From: Geminicoccaceae bacterium
GTDB taxonomy: Bacteria > Pseudomonadota > Alphaproteobacteria > Geminicoccales > Geminicoccaceae
Length of the DNA: 48,425 bases
NCBI GenBank assembly: GCA_011390475.1
Contig: JAABSG010000001.1
Coordinates: forward strand, 1-48,425
Direction of reading: 5' to 3'
In this document: in pieces, positions 22,488 to 32,091 of the stretch
Layout of the letters: every line of letters starts with the position of its first letter
Numbering within the stretch: position 1 is the stretch's first letter
Program-made: the position numbers and the translations under genes
The notes under the pieces: model-generated
Seen by the model: the letters and a program-made list of their open reading frames with translations, nothing else
Database searches by the model: none
What the model was told of the DNA's origin: nothing

Positions 22488-23863
22488 CCGGCGAGCTCCT
22501 TGGCCGCGAGCTCCCGGGCGGCGAGTTCGCGGGCGAGGGCGGCGAACGCATCGCCCCTGGCTTCGTAGTTGGCGAACTGGTCGAAAGAGGCGCAGGCGGG
22601 GGCGAGGAGAACGACGGGTGCTGTGGTTTGGCTGATGCGGGCGGCAGCGAAGGCGGCCGGGACGGCGCGCTCCAGTGTTTCGGCACTCTCGACCGGTAGG
22701 GTCTCGGGCAGGGTCGCCGCGATCTCGCTGGCTGCCTCGCCGATCAGCCAGGCGCCGCGGACGGCGGCGAGGTGGGGCAAGAGGGCGGCGAAACCGCCGG
22801 GCTTGGGCTTGCCACCGGCAATCCAGAAGATGTCGGCGAAGCTAGAGAGGCTCGGGATCGCGGCTTCGGGGTTGGTGGCCTTGCTGTCGTCGACGAAGCG
22901 GACCCGACCGGTGCTGGCCACGGTCGCCATGCGGTGCGGCAGGCTCTGGAAGGTGGAAAAGCCGCGGACGGCATCGGCAGCCGGCACGTTCAGGGCACGG
23001 AGCACGGCGTAGCTCGCTGCCGCGTTCTGGCGGTTGTGGCGGCCTTCGAGGCTCGGGATTCCGGCGAGATCGGCCACGGTGCACGGGGTGTCGCCGGTGG
23101 CGTCGACGAGTTCGGTGCCTCTTGCGTAGACGCCGCGCTCGGGCTCGCTCGCCGCACTGATGCGGATGATGCGACGGCCCCTGGCTTCGAGGTCGTCGGC
23201 GATGGACTCGGAGGGGGCGTCGTCGACGCCGACGACGGCGATGCCGTCTTCGGGCTGCAGGGTGAAGAGCCGGCGCTTGGCCTCGATATAGGCGTCGAAA
23301 GTGCCGTGGCGGTCGAGGTGGTCGGGGGTGATGTTGAGCAACACGGCCACGCGTGGGGCGATCCGGGTCGCCAGATCGAGCTGGTAGGAGGAGAGCTCGA
23401 GAACGAACGTCCGGCCGGGAGCGCCGAGGTCGAGGTCGAGGACGGGCTTGCCGATATTGCCACCCATCAGCGCGTCGCGGCCGCATGCCACCAGGAGGTG
23501 GTGGATCAGCGCCGTGGTGGTCGATTTGCCGTTGGTGCCGGTGATGCCGATGACGGTGCGGCCGGCCAAGCGCTCGGCGAAGAGATCGATGTCGCTGGTG
23601 AGCTCGATGCCATGGCGGCTCGCGGCCTCGATCACCGGGTGCGGGGCCGGGTGATGGAGCGGCACGCCGGGGCTGACGACCAGCGCATCGAGGGTCCGGA
23701 CATCGTCGAGCGTGCCCTTGCTGCCGCCGGCTTCGACCGCCTCGGCCAAGGTGATGGCGTTGTCGTCGAAGACGCGGCAGTCCTGGCCCTGGGCGAGGGC
23801 GTCCCGCAACACTGCCATGCCGCTTCTGGCCATGCCGAGGATACCGATTCGCTCTCTCGTCAT
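22484..23863 (-). CDS. murD: UDP-N-acetylmuramoyl-L-alanine--D-glutamate ligase
   Basis: 459 aa. GITGTNGKSTTT and position in the dcw order. ATGA overlap with the ftsW start. Confidence 0.93.
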   Translation of the reverse strand: MTRERIGILGMARSGMAVLRDALAQGQDCRVFDDNAITLAEAVEAGGSKGTLDDVRTLDALVVSPGVPLHHPAPHPVIEAASRHGIELTSDIDLFAERLAGRTVIGITGTNGKSTTTALIHHLLVACGRDALMGGNIGKPVLDLDLGAPGRTFVLELSSYQLDLATRIAPRVAVLLNITPDHLDRHGTFDAYIEAKRRLFTLQPEDGIAVVGVDDAPSESIADDLEARGRRIIRISAASEPERGVYARGTELVDATGDTPCTVADLAGIPSLEGRHNRQNAAASYAVLRALNVPAADAVRGFSTFQSLPHRMATVASTGRVRFVDDSKATNPEAAIPSLSSFADIFWIAGGKPKPGGFAALLPHLAAVRGAWLIGEAASEIAATLPETLPVESAETLERAVPAAFAAARISQTTAPVVLLAPACASFDQFANYEARGDAFAALARELAARELAAKELAG

Positions 23864-23870
23864 CCTACCC

Positions 23871-24959
23871 TCACCGCAGCTTCAAGGTCGACAGGCCGAT
23901 CAGCGCCAGGATGGTGGCGATGATCCAAAAGCGGATGACGATGGTAGGTTCCTGCCAGCCTTTCTTCTCGAAGTGGTGGTGGAGGGGCGCCATGCGGAAG
24001 ACGCGCTTGCCGGTGAGCTTGAAGGAGGCGACCTGGACGATCACCGAGACGGCCTCGAGGACGAAGAGGCCGCCGATGACCGCCAGGACCAGTTCGTGCT
24101 TGGCGGCAACGGCGACGGTGCCCAGGGCCCCGCCCGTGGCGAGCGAGCCCGTATCGCCCATGAAGACCATGGCGGGTGGCGCGTTGAACCACAAGAAGCC
24201 GAGCGAGGCGCCGACCATGGCGGCGCAGAAGACGGCGAGCTCGCCGGTGCCCGGGACGAAAGGGATGCCCAGGTAATTCGAAAAGATCGCGTTGCCGACG
24301 AGATAGGCGATGAAGGCGAAGCAGCCGGCGGCGATCATCACCGGCACGATGGCGAGGCCATCGAGGCCGTCGGTGAGGTTCACGGCATTCGACGCGCCGA
24401 CGATGACGAAGACGACGAAAACCGGGAAGAGCAGGCCCAAGGGGACGAGGAGGTCCTTGAAGAAGGGCATGGCGAGCGAGGTCGAGAGCGGAGCCGGCGT
24501 GAAGCTCATCAGGGCGATCGCCGCCGCCAGTGAAATGATGCCCTGCAAGAGCAGCTTGTAGCGGCCGGAGAGGCCGGACGAGCTGCGCTGGGTCAGCTTC
24601 ATCAGGTCGTCGGCGAAGCCGATGCCACCGAAGCCGAGGGTGACGATGAGGACCACCCAGACATAGCCGTTGCTGAGGTCGGCCCAGAGCAGGGTGGAGA
24701 TGGCAATCGCGATGAGAATCAGGACACCGCCCATGGTGGGCGTGCCCTTCTTGGTCAGAAGGTGCGATTCCGGGCCGTCCTCGCGGATCGGCTGGCCTTC
24801 GCGCTGCTTCTTCTTCAGCCAGCGAATGACCGAGGGGCCGAGCACGAAGCAGATGACGAGCGCGGTCATCACCGCGCCGCCGCTCCTGAAGGTGATGTAG
24901 CGGAAGACGTTGAAGAGCGTGAACTGGTCGGCCAGCGGGACGAGGAGGTGGTAGAGCAT
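23871..24959 (-). CDS. mraY: phospho-N-acetylmuramoyl-pentapeptide transferase
   Basis: ATG at 24959 gives 362 aa: [51 protein letters not shown] and APLHHHFE. Confidence 0.96.
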   Translation of the reverse strand: MLYHLLVPLADQFTLFNVFRYITFRSGGAVMTALVICFVLGPSVIRWLKKKQREGQPIREDGPESHLLTKKGTPTMGGVLILIAIAISTLLWADLSNGYVWVVLIVTLGFGGIGFADDLMKLTQRSSSGLSGRYKLLLQGIISLAAAIALMSFTPAPLSTSLAMPFFKDLLVPLGLLFPVFVVFVIVGASNAVNLTDGLDGLAIVPVMIAAGCFAFIAYLVGNAIFSNYLGIPFVPGTGELAVFCAAMVGASLGFLWFNAPPAMVFMGDTGSLATGGALGTVAVAAKHELVLAVIGGLFVLEAVSVIVQVASFKLTGKRVFRMAPLHHHFEKKGWQEPTIVIRFWIIATILALIGLSTLKLR

Positions 24960-24963
24960 CGCT

Positions 24964-26397
24964 TCAGCCCTCCGCCGTGACGGTGGAGGGCGCTTCGAGC
25001 GCTTCGATGACGTGGCGCATGGCGCTGCCGAGCGAGCCCTTGACCAGGACGACGTCGCCGGCCGCCAACGCCAGGGCGACCTCGGGGGCCAGGCGCCGGC
25101 TGTCCTCGGCCCAGGCGCCCTTTTGCGCCTCGGGCAGCACGTCGTGCAGATGGCGCATCGAGGGGCCGCTGGTGAAGACAAGGTCGACGGCGGCTTCGGC
25201 CAAGGGCTGGGCCAGGCCGGCGTGGAGGGACGGTCCGGTGTCGCCCAGTTCCAGCATGTCGCCGAGGACGGCGATCTTGCGGCCGGGCTGACGGCCGAGC
25301 ACGTCGATGGCGGCCGCCATCGAGGCTGGATTGGCGTTGTAGCTTTCGTCGAGGAGGCGGATGGTCCCCGTCCCCCAGGCGATTTCGCGCATCGCGCCCC
25401 TGCCGGCGACGGGGCGGATACCGGCCAGGCGCTCGGCCGCGCGGTCGAGATCGAGGCCGAGGTGATAGGCAGTCGCCAGGACGGCGAGGCCGTTCATCGC
25501 CCAGTGCCGGCCGGGGGCTGCCAGATGCAGCCTGAGCTTGCGCCCGGCGATGGCGATCTCGACCCGGCTGCCGTCGGCTTCACTGGTGAGGTGATCGAGG
25601 CGGATGTCGGCGTCGGTGGATGCACCGAAGGTGACGATCTCGGCAGCGTAGCGTTGGGCTGCCTGTCGCAGGCGGTCGCTATGCAGGGTCTCGGCGTTGA
25701 TCACGGCGATGCCACCCGGCTCCAGGCCCTCGAAAATCTCGGCCTTGGCGTCGGCGATTCCGGCCGTGTCCTTGAAAAACGCCAGATGCGCCGGGGCCAC
25801 GGCGGTGATCAAGGCGATGTGCGGCCGGGCGATGCGGGTCAGAGCGCTGATTTCGCCCGCGTGATTCATGCCGATCTCGCTGACCGCGAAGGCAGTTTCG
25901 GGCGGCAGGTTGGCCAGGGTCAAGGGAACGCCCCAGTGATTGTTGTAGCTCGCCCGGCTGGCGTGGCAGGTGGCGAAGCCGAGCAGCACCTGCCGCAGCA
26001 TCTCCTTTGTACTGGTCTTGCCGACGCTGCCGGTGACGGCGATCACCTTGGCGCTCGACCGATTGCGGCCGAAGCGGCCGAGGCCCTCGAGCGCGGCCTG
26101 GGTGTCGTCGACGATCAAGAGCGGCGCGTCCTCGTCGACGTCGTCGGGGCGGCGGGTGACGACGGCGGCGGCGGCCCCGCGCGCCAGGGCGTCCTGGACG
26201 AAGGCGTGGCCGTCGCGATTGGGGCCGTCCAAGGCGACGAAGAGTTCGCCCGGCTGCAGCGTGCGGCTGTCGATCGCAACGCCCGTGGCCTTCCAGTCGC
26301 GGCGGCTGCGGCCGCTGGTTGCGGCCGCGGCGTCGACCGCCTGCCAGAGCGGCGCCACGTTGCCGTTGGCCGGGCCCCTTGCGACATCGGCCATCAT
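24964..26397 (-). CDS. murF: UDP-N-acetylmuramoyl-tripeptide--D-alanyl-D-alanine ligase
   Basis: ATG at 26397 gives 477 aa: [38 protein letters not shown] and [12 protein letters not shown] overlap with the murE stop. Confidence 0.94.
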   Translation of the reverse strand: MMADVARGPANGNVAPLWQAVDAAAATSGRSRRDWKATGVAIDSRTLQPGELFVALDGPNRDGHAFVQDALARGAAAAVVTRRPDDVDEDAPLLIVDDTQAALEGLGRFGRNRSSAKVIAVTGSVGKTSTKEMLRQVLLGFATCHASRASYNNHWGVPLTLANLPPETAFAVSEIGMNHAGEISALTRIARPHIALITAVAPAHLAFFKDTAGIADAKAEIFEGLEPGGIAVINAETLHSDRLRQAAQRYAAEIVTFGASTDADIRLDHLTSEADGSRVEIAIAGRKLRLHLAAPGRHWAMNGLAVLATAYHLGLDLDRAAERLAGIRPVAGRGAMREIAWGTGTIRLLDESYNANPASMAAAIDVLGRQPGRKIAVLGDMLELGDTGPSLHAGLAQPLAEAAVDLVFTSGPSMRHLHDVLPEAQKGAWAEDSRRLAPEVALALAAGDVVLVKGSLGSAMRHVIEALEAPSTVTAEG

Positions 26398-27914
26398 GCC
26401 GCGTCCTCGAGAGCTGCCAGCGCCGCCTTGATCTCGCTCGCATCGTCGAAAGGCAGGGTCTCGTCGCCGACGATCTGGCCGACCTCGTGGCCCTTGCCGG
26501 CGACGACCAGCACGTCGCCTGGCTCGAGGGCGGCAAAGGCGGCGCGGATCGCCGCCGCCCGATCGCCGATCTCGATCACCTTGGCGGCATCGCGGCCGAG
26601 CGGCTCGAGGATCTCGTAGCGGATCGCGGCCGGGTCCTCGTTCCTCGGGTTGTCGTCGGTGACGAAGACCAGATCGGCCAGTTCCGCGGCGAGCTTGCCC
26701 ATCAGCGGGCGCTTGCCCTTGTCGCGATTGCCGCCGCAGCCGAAAACCACGACGAGCCGGCCCTTGGTGTGCGGGCGCAGCGCCTCCAAGGCCTTGGCCA
26801 GCGCGTCGGGGGTGTGGGCGTAGTCGACGAAGGCCGGGGCACCCTTGGGGTGGCGGGCCACGAGCTGCATCCGGCCGGGCGCACCCCGGAGTTCCGCCAG
26901 GGCCTCGAGCACCAGGTCGAGAGGAGCGCCGCCGGCCACCGCCAAGCCCACGGCGGCCAGGACGTTGTGCGCCTGAAAGGCACCGACCAGGCCGGAGCGG
27001 AAGCGGTGGCGCTTGCCCATGGCCTCGATCTCGAGGATCTGGCCGGTAAGTTCCGGCCGGCGGTCGAGGAGGCGAAGCTGCCGGGCGCCAGCGCCGAAAT
27101 CGACCACTTCGGCACCGCGGCTCCGAGCGATCTCGGCCAGCCGCGAAAACTCCGGGCTGTCGGCGTTGAGCACGGCCGTGCCGCCCGGGGCCAGGCACTC
27201 GCTGAACAGACGCGCCTTGGCCGCGAGGTAGGCCTCGAAGCTGCCGTGATAGTCGTAGTGGTCGCGGCTGATATTGGAGAAGGCGGCAGCCTGGATGGTC
27301 AGGCCGGAAAGCCGCTCCTGGTCGAGGCCGTGGCTCGAGGCCTCGACGACGAGGTGGTCGACCCCGCTCTTGGCGAGCTCGGCTGCGAGGCGGTGCAGGG
27401 TGATGGCATCGGGCGTGGTGAGCGAGCTCTTCGGCCAGCGGCCGGCGCTCTCGAGGCCGAGCGTGCCGAGGCTGGCGGCGCGGATGCCGAGCCGATCCCA
27501 GATCTGCCGGGTGAAGCTGGCGATCGAGGTCTTGCCGTTGGTGCCGGTGACGGCCGCGACGAAGGCCGGCTGGCTGCCGAAGAAGGATGCTGCGAGCCGG
27601 GCCAGGCGGCGGCGCGGGTTGGCGTCGATGATCACCGGGACGAGCTGGGCATAAGCCTCGGCGTTGGGGCTGCCGAGGACGGCCACGGCACCCTTTTTCA
27701 GCGCCTCGGGAATGAAGATGTGGCCGTCGGCCTGGGTCCCGGAGAGGGCGGCGAAAAGCTGGCCCGGCTCGACGCTGCGGCTGTCGGAGGCGATGCCCTT
27801 GATGGTCACGTCCTGCAGGTTGAGGACGCGCGGCGGGTTGCCGTCCGTTGCCGCCGGACGGGTGCCTTCGGGGAAGCGCCTGGCTTCCTCAGCGAGTAAG
27901 GCTGGCAGCCGCAA
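26394..27914 (-). CDS. murE: UDP-N-acetylmuramoyl-L-alanyl-D-glutamate--2,6-diaminopimelate ligase
   Basis: 506 aa. DSRSVEPGQLFAALSGTQADGH, VTGTNGKTS, DYAHTPDAL and GCGGNRDKGKRPLMG. The first codon of the ORF is TTG at 27914, overlapping the ftsI 3' end by 26 nt, so the start is not certain. Confidence 0.93.
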   Translation of the reverse strand: MRLPALLAEEARRFPEGTRPAATDGNPPRVLNLQDVTIKGIASDSRSVEPGQLFAALSGTQADGHIFIPEALKKGAVAVLGSPNAEAYAQLVPVIIDANPRRRLARLAASFFGSQPAFVAAVTGTNGKTSIASFTRQIWDRLGIRAASLGTLGLESAGRWPKSSLTTPDAITLHRLAAELAKSGVDHLVVEASSHGLDQERLSGLTIQAAAFSNISRDHYDYHGSFEAYLAAKARLFSECLAPGGTAVLNADSPEFSRLAEIARSRGAEVVDFGAGARQLRLLDRRPELTGQILEIEAMGKRHRFRSGLVGAFQAHNVLAAVGLAVAGGAPLDLVLEALAELRGAPGRMQLVARHPKGAPAFVDYAHTPDALAKALEALRPHTKGRLVVVFGCGGNRDKGKRPLMGKLAAELADLVFVTDDNPRNEDPAAIRYEILEPLGRDAAKVIEIGDRAAAIRAAFAALEPGDVLVVAGKGHEVGQIVGDETLPFDDASEIKAALAALEDAA

Positions 27915-29625
27915 AGCCGTCCTCCATCCGTCGCGTGCGGCCGTTCATGACCGGCATGACCTGCAGCCGGTCGGTGAAGGCGGCCTCGATCTCGGGCGAT
28001 TTCTTGGGCACGCCGAGGAGCGGGCCGGCCTGGGCGATGATCCGGGAGACCACGGGTGCCGCGGTCCAGCCGCCGGTGCGAAAGCCATAAGTCTCGGCGT
28101 CGCCCTTGGGCTCGTCGAGCACCGAAAGGACAGCATAGCGCGGAGTGTCGGCGGGAAAGACGCCGATGAAGGAGGAGATGACGGCCCTGCCGTCGTAGCC
28201 GCGGCGACTACCGGTGGGCTTGTCGGCAGTGCCGGTCTTGCCGCCGACCATGTAGCCCTGAACGCCGCCATTCGCCCCGGTGCCGCGCTCGACGGTCAGC
28301 CACATCAGCCAGCGCAGGTCCTTGATCGTGCGTTCGGAGACGACGGTCGGCGCTTGCTCCAGGATCGTCGGCAACGTCTCGGGATCACGGCGGAGAAAGG
28401 TTGCGGGCAGGCGCTTGCCGTCACCGACCAGCGCCGCCACTGCCTCGGTGAACTGCAAGGGCGAGACGGAGATGCCGTGGCCGTAGGAGACGGTGGCCGC
28501 GACGATGTCGGGCCAACGCTCCTGGACGAGTGGCTGGGTGGTCTCCGGGATCTCGAGCTGCGGCCGGCTGAAGAGTCCCAGATGGTCGAGAAAGGGCTTT
28601 TGCGCCTCGGTGCCGCCGGCGGCGAAGGTCATCTTCACCGTGCCGATATTGGAGGAGTAGGCGAAGACCTCGGGTACGGAGAGCCAGCGTTGGTGGCCGC
28701 GGAAGTCGCGGATGCTGTGGCGGCCGATACGCAGGGATTCCGAGGCATCGAAGCGGTCGTAGATGGAGACGTCGCCACTCTCGAGCGCCATCGCGGCGCT
28801 GACCACCTTGAACAGCGAGCCGAGTTCGTAGACGTCGCCGGTGCAACGATTGCGGCGCGCCTCGGGCGGCGCCCGTTCGGCGCGGTTGGGGTCGTAGTCG
28901 GGCAGGCTGACGAGGGCCAGGACCTCGCGGGTCTCGACGTCGAGAACAATGGTGCAAGCGCCCTCGGCCGAGAATCGATCGACACCGGCCTTGGTCGCCG
29001 CATGCGCGATGCGCTGAACACGGCGGTCGAGCGAGAGGGCGAGATCGGGCTTGCCCAAGGCAGCGCCACCCTGGAGCGCGGCGTCGAGGCCGTACTCGAT
29101 TCCGGCGAGTCCCTGGTTGTCGATCCCGACGAAGCCGAGAACGTGGGCCGCTTCCCGACCGCGCGGATAGACCCGCCGCTCGCCGAGCTGGAAGCCGATA
29201 CCGGGCAGGCCGAGCTCGAGGACGGCGGCCTGCTCGGCCGGCGAGATCTGCCGTTTGACCCAGGCAAAGCGACCGCCCCGGGCGAAGCGGGCGTTGAGCT
29301 CGGCGGCATTCACCCCGTCGAGGACCCGGGCCAGGGCGATGGCCGCGGTCTCGGGGTCGTTCATGAGAAGCGGATCGCCGATGACCGAGAGGGTGACGAT
29401 GTTGCTCGCCAAGAGCTCGCCGTGGCGGTCGTGGATGGCGGCACGACGCAGCTCGACGCCGTCCTCGGTTTGGCTCGGGCCGGCGGTGACGGTGCGCTGG
29501 CCGGCGGTGGCCATGTCGACGAGACGCAGGCCGATACTCATGAACGCCAGGACGAAGCAGAGGGCGAGCAGCCTGAGCCGCACGGCACCGATGCCGTTCA
29601 TGCGCTGCTTGTCGTGCTCGCTCAC
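27889..29625 (-). CDS. ftsI: peptidoglycan D,D-transpeptidase FtsI (PBP3)
   Basis: 578 aa. N-terminal TM segment, then the transpeptidase SxxK motif region (GSLFKVV), SSN and KTGTA motifs. Confidence 0.94.
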   Translation of the reverse strand: MSEHDKQRMNGIGAVRLRLLALCFVLAFMSIGLRLVDMATAGQRTVTAGPSQTEDGVELRRAAIHDRHGELLASNIVTLSVIGDPLLMNDPETAAIALARVLDGVNAAELNARFARGGRFAWVKRQISPAEQAAVLELGLPGIGFQLGERRVYPRGREAAHVLGFVGIDNQGLAGIEYGLDAALQGGAALGKPDLALSLDRRVQRIAHAATKAGVDRFSAEGACTIVLDVETREVLALVSLPDYDPNRAERAPPEARRNRCTGDVYELGSLFKVVSAAMALESGDVSIYDRFDASESLRIGRHSIRDFRGHQRWLSVPEVFAYSSNIGTVKMTFAAGGTEAQKPFLDHLGLFSRPQLEIPETTQPLVQERWPDIVAATVSYGHGISVSPLQFTEAVAALVGDGKRLPATFLRRDPETLPTILEQAPTVVSERTIKDLRWLMWLTVERGTGANGGVQGYMVGGKTGTADKPTGSRRGYDGRAVISSFIGVFPADTPRYAVLSVLDEPKGDAETYGFRTGGWTAAPVVSRIIAQAGPLLGVPKKSPEIEAAFTDRLQVMPVMNGRTRRMEDGFAAASLTR

Positions 29626-29645
29626 CGCCGGTCACCCATCATCCG

Positions 29646-30056
29646 TCACCAGCCCTGGCCAAGAGGATCGGTGCGTCCGCTCAGGCTGGGCAAGGCAAAA
29701 GCCGTCACCGGCTTGACCCGAAACTCCAAGAGATCGCCTTCCGGCAGCTCGGCCTGGCGCGGCTGGCGGGCGAGCTGCAGCAGGCGGTAGTCGCCGATCT
29801 GCCGGGCCTCGACGACCCGCTCGAGGGTCGCCGGCGCCATGCCCAACGCCCGCGCCTGGGCGGCCAAGCGATCGGCCCGGGCGAGGTGCGCCCAGTCCGC
29901 TTCGAGCGTCCTCAGCCGCCAGCGCTCGGCCTCGATCTCCTGTTCGATCCGGGAGATCTCGCCCTCGGCGGCGACCACCGCGTACTTCACGTTGAAGAGG
30001 CTGGTGGCGGCGAGGATGATCAGGATGATGAGGATCGGGACGTAGCGCTGGATCAT
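29646..30056 (-). CDS. ftsL: cell division protein FtsL (alphaproteobacterial type)
   Basis: 136 aa. N-terminal TM segment (VPILIILIILAATSLF) plus a coiled coil. Located between rsmH and ftsI. ATGA overlap with the rsmH stop. Confidence 0.85.
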   Translation of the reverse strand: MIQRYVPILIILIILAATSLFNVKYAVVAAEGEISRIEQEIEAERWRLRTLEADWAHLARADRLAAQARALGMAPATLERVVEARQIGDYRLLQLARQPRQAELPEGDLLEFRVKPVTAFALPSLSGRTDPLGQGW

Positions 30057-31030
30057 GCAGCAAACCTCCAGGCCGGAACCGGGTTCGCGTCTCCTGCCCC
30101 TGCCTGATCCTCGTCGTCGGCCAGCCGGACGGCGGCGCGCAGCCGGGCCGAGCGCGCCCGCGGGTTGCGCGCCACCTCGGCATCGCCGGGCTTGATCACC
30201 TTGCGCTCGAGCCAGCGAAGCTTGGGCCGGGCCGTGGCCACCAACGGCAGGTGCCGGGACGGCTTCGCGCGGCGTTCGCTCAAGTCGTCGATGAAGCGCT
30301 TGATCCGCCGATCCTCGAGGCTGTGGAAGGCGACGAGCACCAGGCGGCCGCCGGGACGCAGGAGGTCCGGTGCGGCAACGAGCAGGCGATCGATCTCGCC
30401 GAGCTCGTCGTTGACGGCGATCCTGAGCGCCTGGAACACCTGCGTCGCGGGCGTGCGGCCGGGCTTTACCCGGCGTTTGGTCGCAGCGATCAGGCTCGCG
30501 AGGTCGGCGGTCGTCGTGATCGGCCGCAGCGCCCGCCGTGCCACGATGGCCCGGGCAATGCGTCCGGCCTCCGGCTCCTCGCCGAGGCTGAAGAAGAGCC
30601 GTGCCAGCTCGCGCTCGTCCAGTCGGTCGACGAGCTCGGCCGCGGTCTCGCCCGTGGCGCCCATGCGCATGTCGAGCGGCCCCTCGGCCTGAAAAGAGAA
30701 GCCGCGCTCGGGCTCGTCGAGCTGAAAGGAGGAGACCCCGAGATCGGCGACCAGGCCGTCGACGGCCGCAACGCCGATGCCGGCGAGATGCGCCTCGAGC
30801 TCACCGAAAGCGCCCTCGAGCATGGTGAAGCGCGGTTCTTCGGCGGCGAGTGCGCGACCACGAGCGACGGCCGCCGGATCTCGGTCGAGGCCGATCACCC
30901 GACAGTCGGCGGCAGCGAGGATGGCCCGGCTGTAGCCGCCACCGCCGAATGTGACGTCGACCAAGAGGTCGCCCGCGGCCGGGGCCAGCGCGCTCAGCAT
31001 CGCCTCGAGGAGGACGGGGGCATGGCTCAT
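30053..31030 (-). CDS. rsmH: 16S rRNA (cytosine1402-N4)-methyltransferase
   Basis: ATG at 31030 gives 325 aa: HAPVLLEAMLSAL, DVTFGGGGYSRAIL, DLGVSSFQLD and VAFHSLEDRRIKRF. Confidence 0.95.
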   Translation of the reverse strand: MSHAPVLLEAMLSALAPAAGDLLVDVTFGGGGYSRAILAAADCRVIGLDRDPAAVARGRALAAEEPRFTMLEGAFGELEAHLAGIGVAAVDGLVADLGVSSFQLDEPERGFSFQAEGPLDMRMGATGETAAELVDRLDERELARLFFSLGEEPEAGRIARAIVARRALRPITTTADLASLIAATKRRVKPGRTPATQVFQALRIAVNDELGEIDRLLVAAPDLLRPGGRLVLVAFHSLEDRRIKRFIDDLSERRAKPSRHLPLVATARPKLRWLERKVIKPGDAEVARNPRARSARLRAAVRLADDEDQAGAGDANPVPAWRFAA

Positions 31031-31294
31031 CGACCGCCCTCGACGGGCCGAGACGCGATGCTTGCGATCGCCGCGCAAACGGTCCACAAGCCCGCGTCGT
31101 GGTCGTGGCGCGGCCGCATCGCCGATGCCCGTCCGATCGCCGCTGCGCGTCCGCACGTCAGCATCGCGCTGGCTGCCCTCGAACAGCGAGAATTCGGCTC
31201 AGTCCTGTCAATAAACCTGCTGCCCATCAGCTTTCGCCATCCCACTTCGGCCCAAGCCGCGCCTATCTCACCGCCGAGCGATCTCGGAAAATTT

Positions 31295-31331
31295 ATTCTA
31301 CCAAAACGCGAATATTGATAGCAAGTGTCAA
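31295..31331 (-). promoter_or_regulatory. candidate sigma70-type promoter(s) for the dcw operon
   Basis: Minus strand reads TTGACACTTGCTATCAATATTCGCGTTTTGGTAGAAT. TTGCTA-18 nt-TAGAAT and TTGATC-17 nt-AATATT are both possible. Located in the only AT-rich stretch of the window, about 265 nt upstream of rsmH. Confidence 0.3.
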
Positions 31332-31548
31332 ATGATCAAAACATGAGATAAAGCGCGAGGGGTAGCTGGTCGATCATTTGAAACTACTCGGCTTTGACTT
31401 GCACTCGGATCACATTCTTTGACCGCTCAGGTTGCACAACCCTACCCGCCGCTTCTCCCAGGGTCAAGGTCGGGTGTCTCAGATGCAACGACAAAGAGTT
31501 ATCGTAACTTACTGAAACAAGTTGGCATTAGCGTGTCAAGAATAATTC

Positions 31549-31557
31549 TGTGGATAA
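31549..31557 (-). promoter_or_regulatory. perfect consensus DnaA box (TTATCCACA)
   Basis: Forward strand reads TGTGGATAA at 31549-31557, which is TTATCCACA on the minus strand. It lies 9 nt upstream of a minus-strand TTGACA hexamer. Confidence 0.6.
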
Positions 31558-31580
31558 GTGCCGCAAAACCCGTCGCAAAC

Positions 31581-31589
31581 TGTGGATAA
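31581..31589 (-). promoter_or_regulatory. perfect consensus DnaA box (TTATCCACA)
   Basis: Forward strand reads TGTGGATAA at 31581-31589. Same orientation as the first box, 32 bp away. Both are embedded in cTGTGGATAA. Confidence 0.6.
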
Positions 31590-31597
31590 ACCAGGGA

Positions 31598-31627
31598 CGG
31601 AAACGCCGTGGGACAATGCCACGGGCG
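31598..31627 (-). terminator. weak hairpin downstream of rnpB
   Basis: Minus strand reads CGCCCGTGG-cattgtc-CCACGGCG followed only by TTTCC. The U-tract is poor. Confidence 0.25.
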
Positions 31628-31664
31628 CTCACTGATGGCCAGGGCCCGAATGAGCCGCGAAGGC

Positions 31665-32086
<422 letters not shown>

Positions 32087-32091
32087 GACGG

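Noticed and set aside
31260-31600. The AT-rich island with DnaA boxes as the chromosomal replication origin (oriC).
   Set aside because: I could find only two boxes. There is no obvious array of further boxes or AT-rich 13-mer-like unwinding repeats. The flanking genes (rnpB, dcw) are not typical alphaproteobacterial origin neighbours (hemE, parAB, dnaA or similar). A regulatory or titration role is more conservative, although this cannot be excluded without a genome-wide scan.
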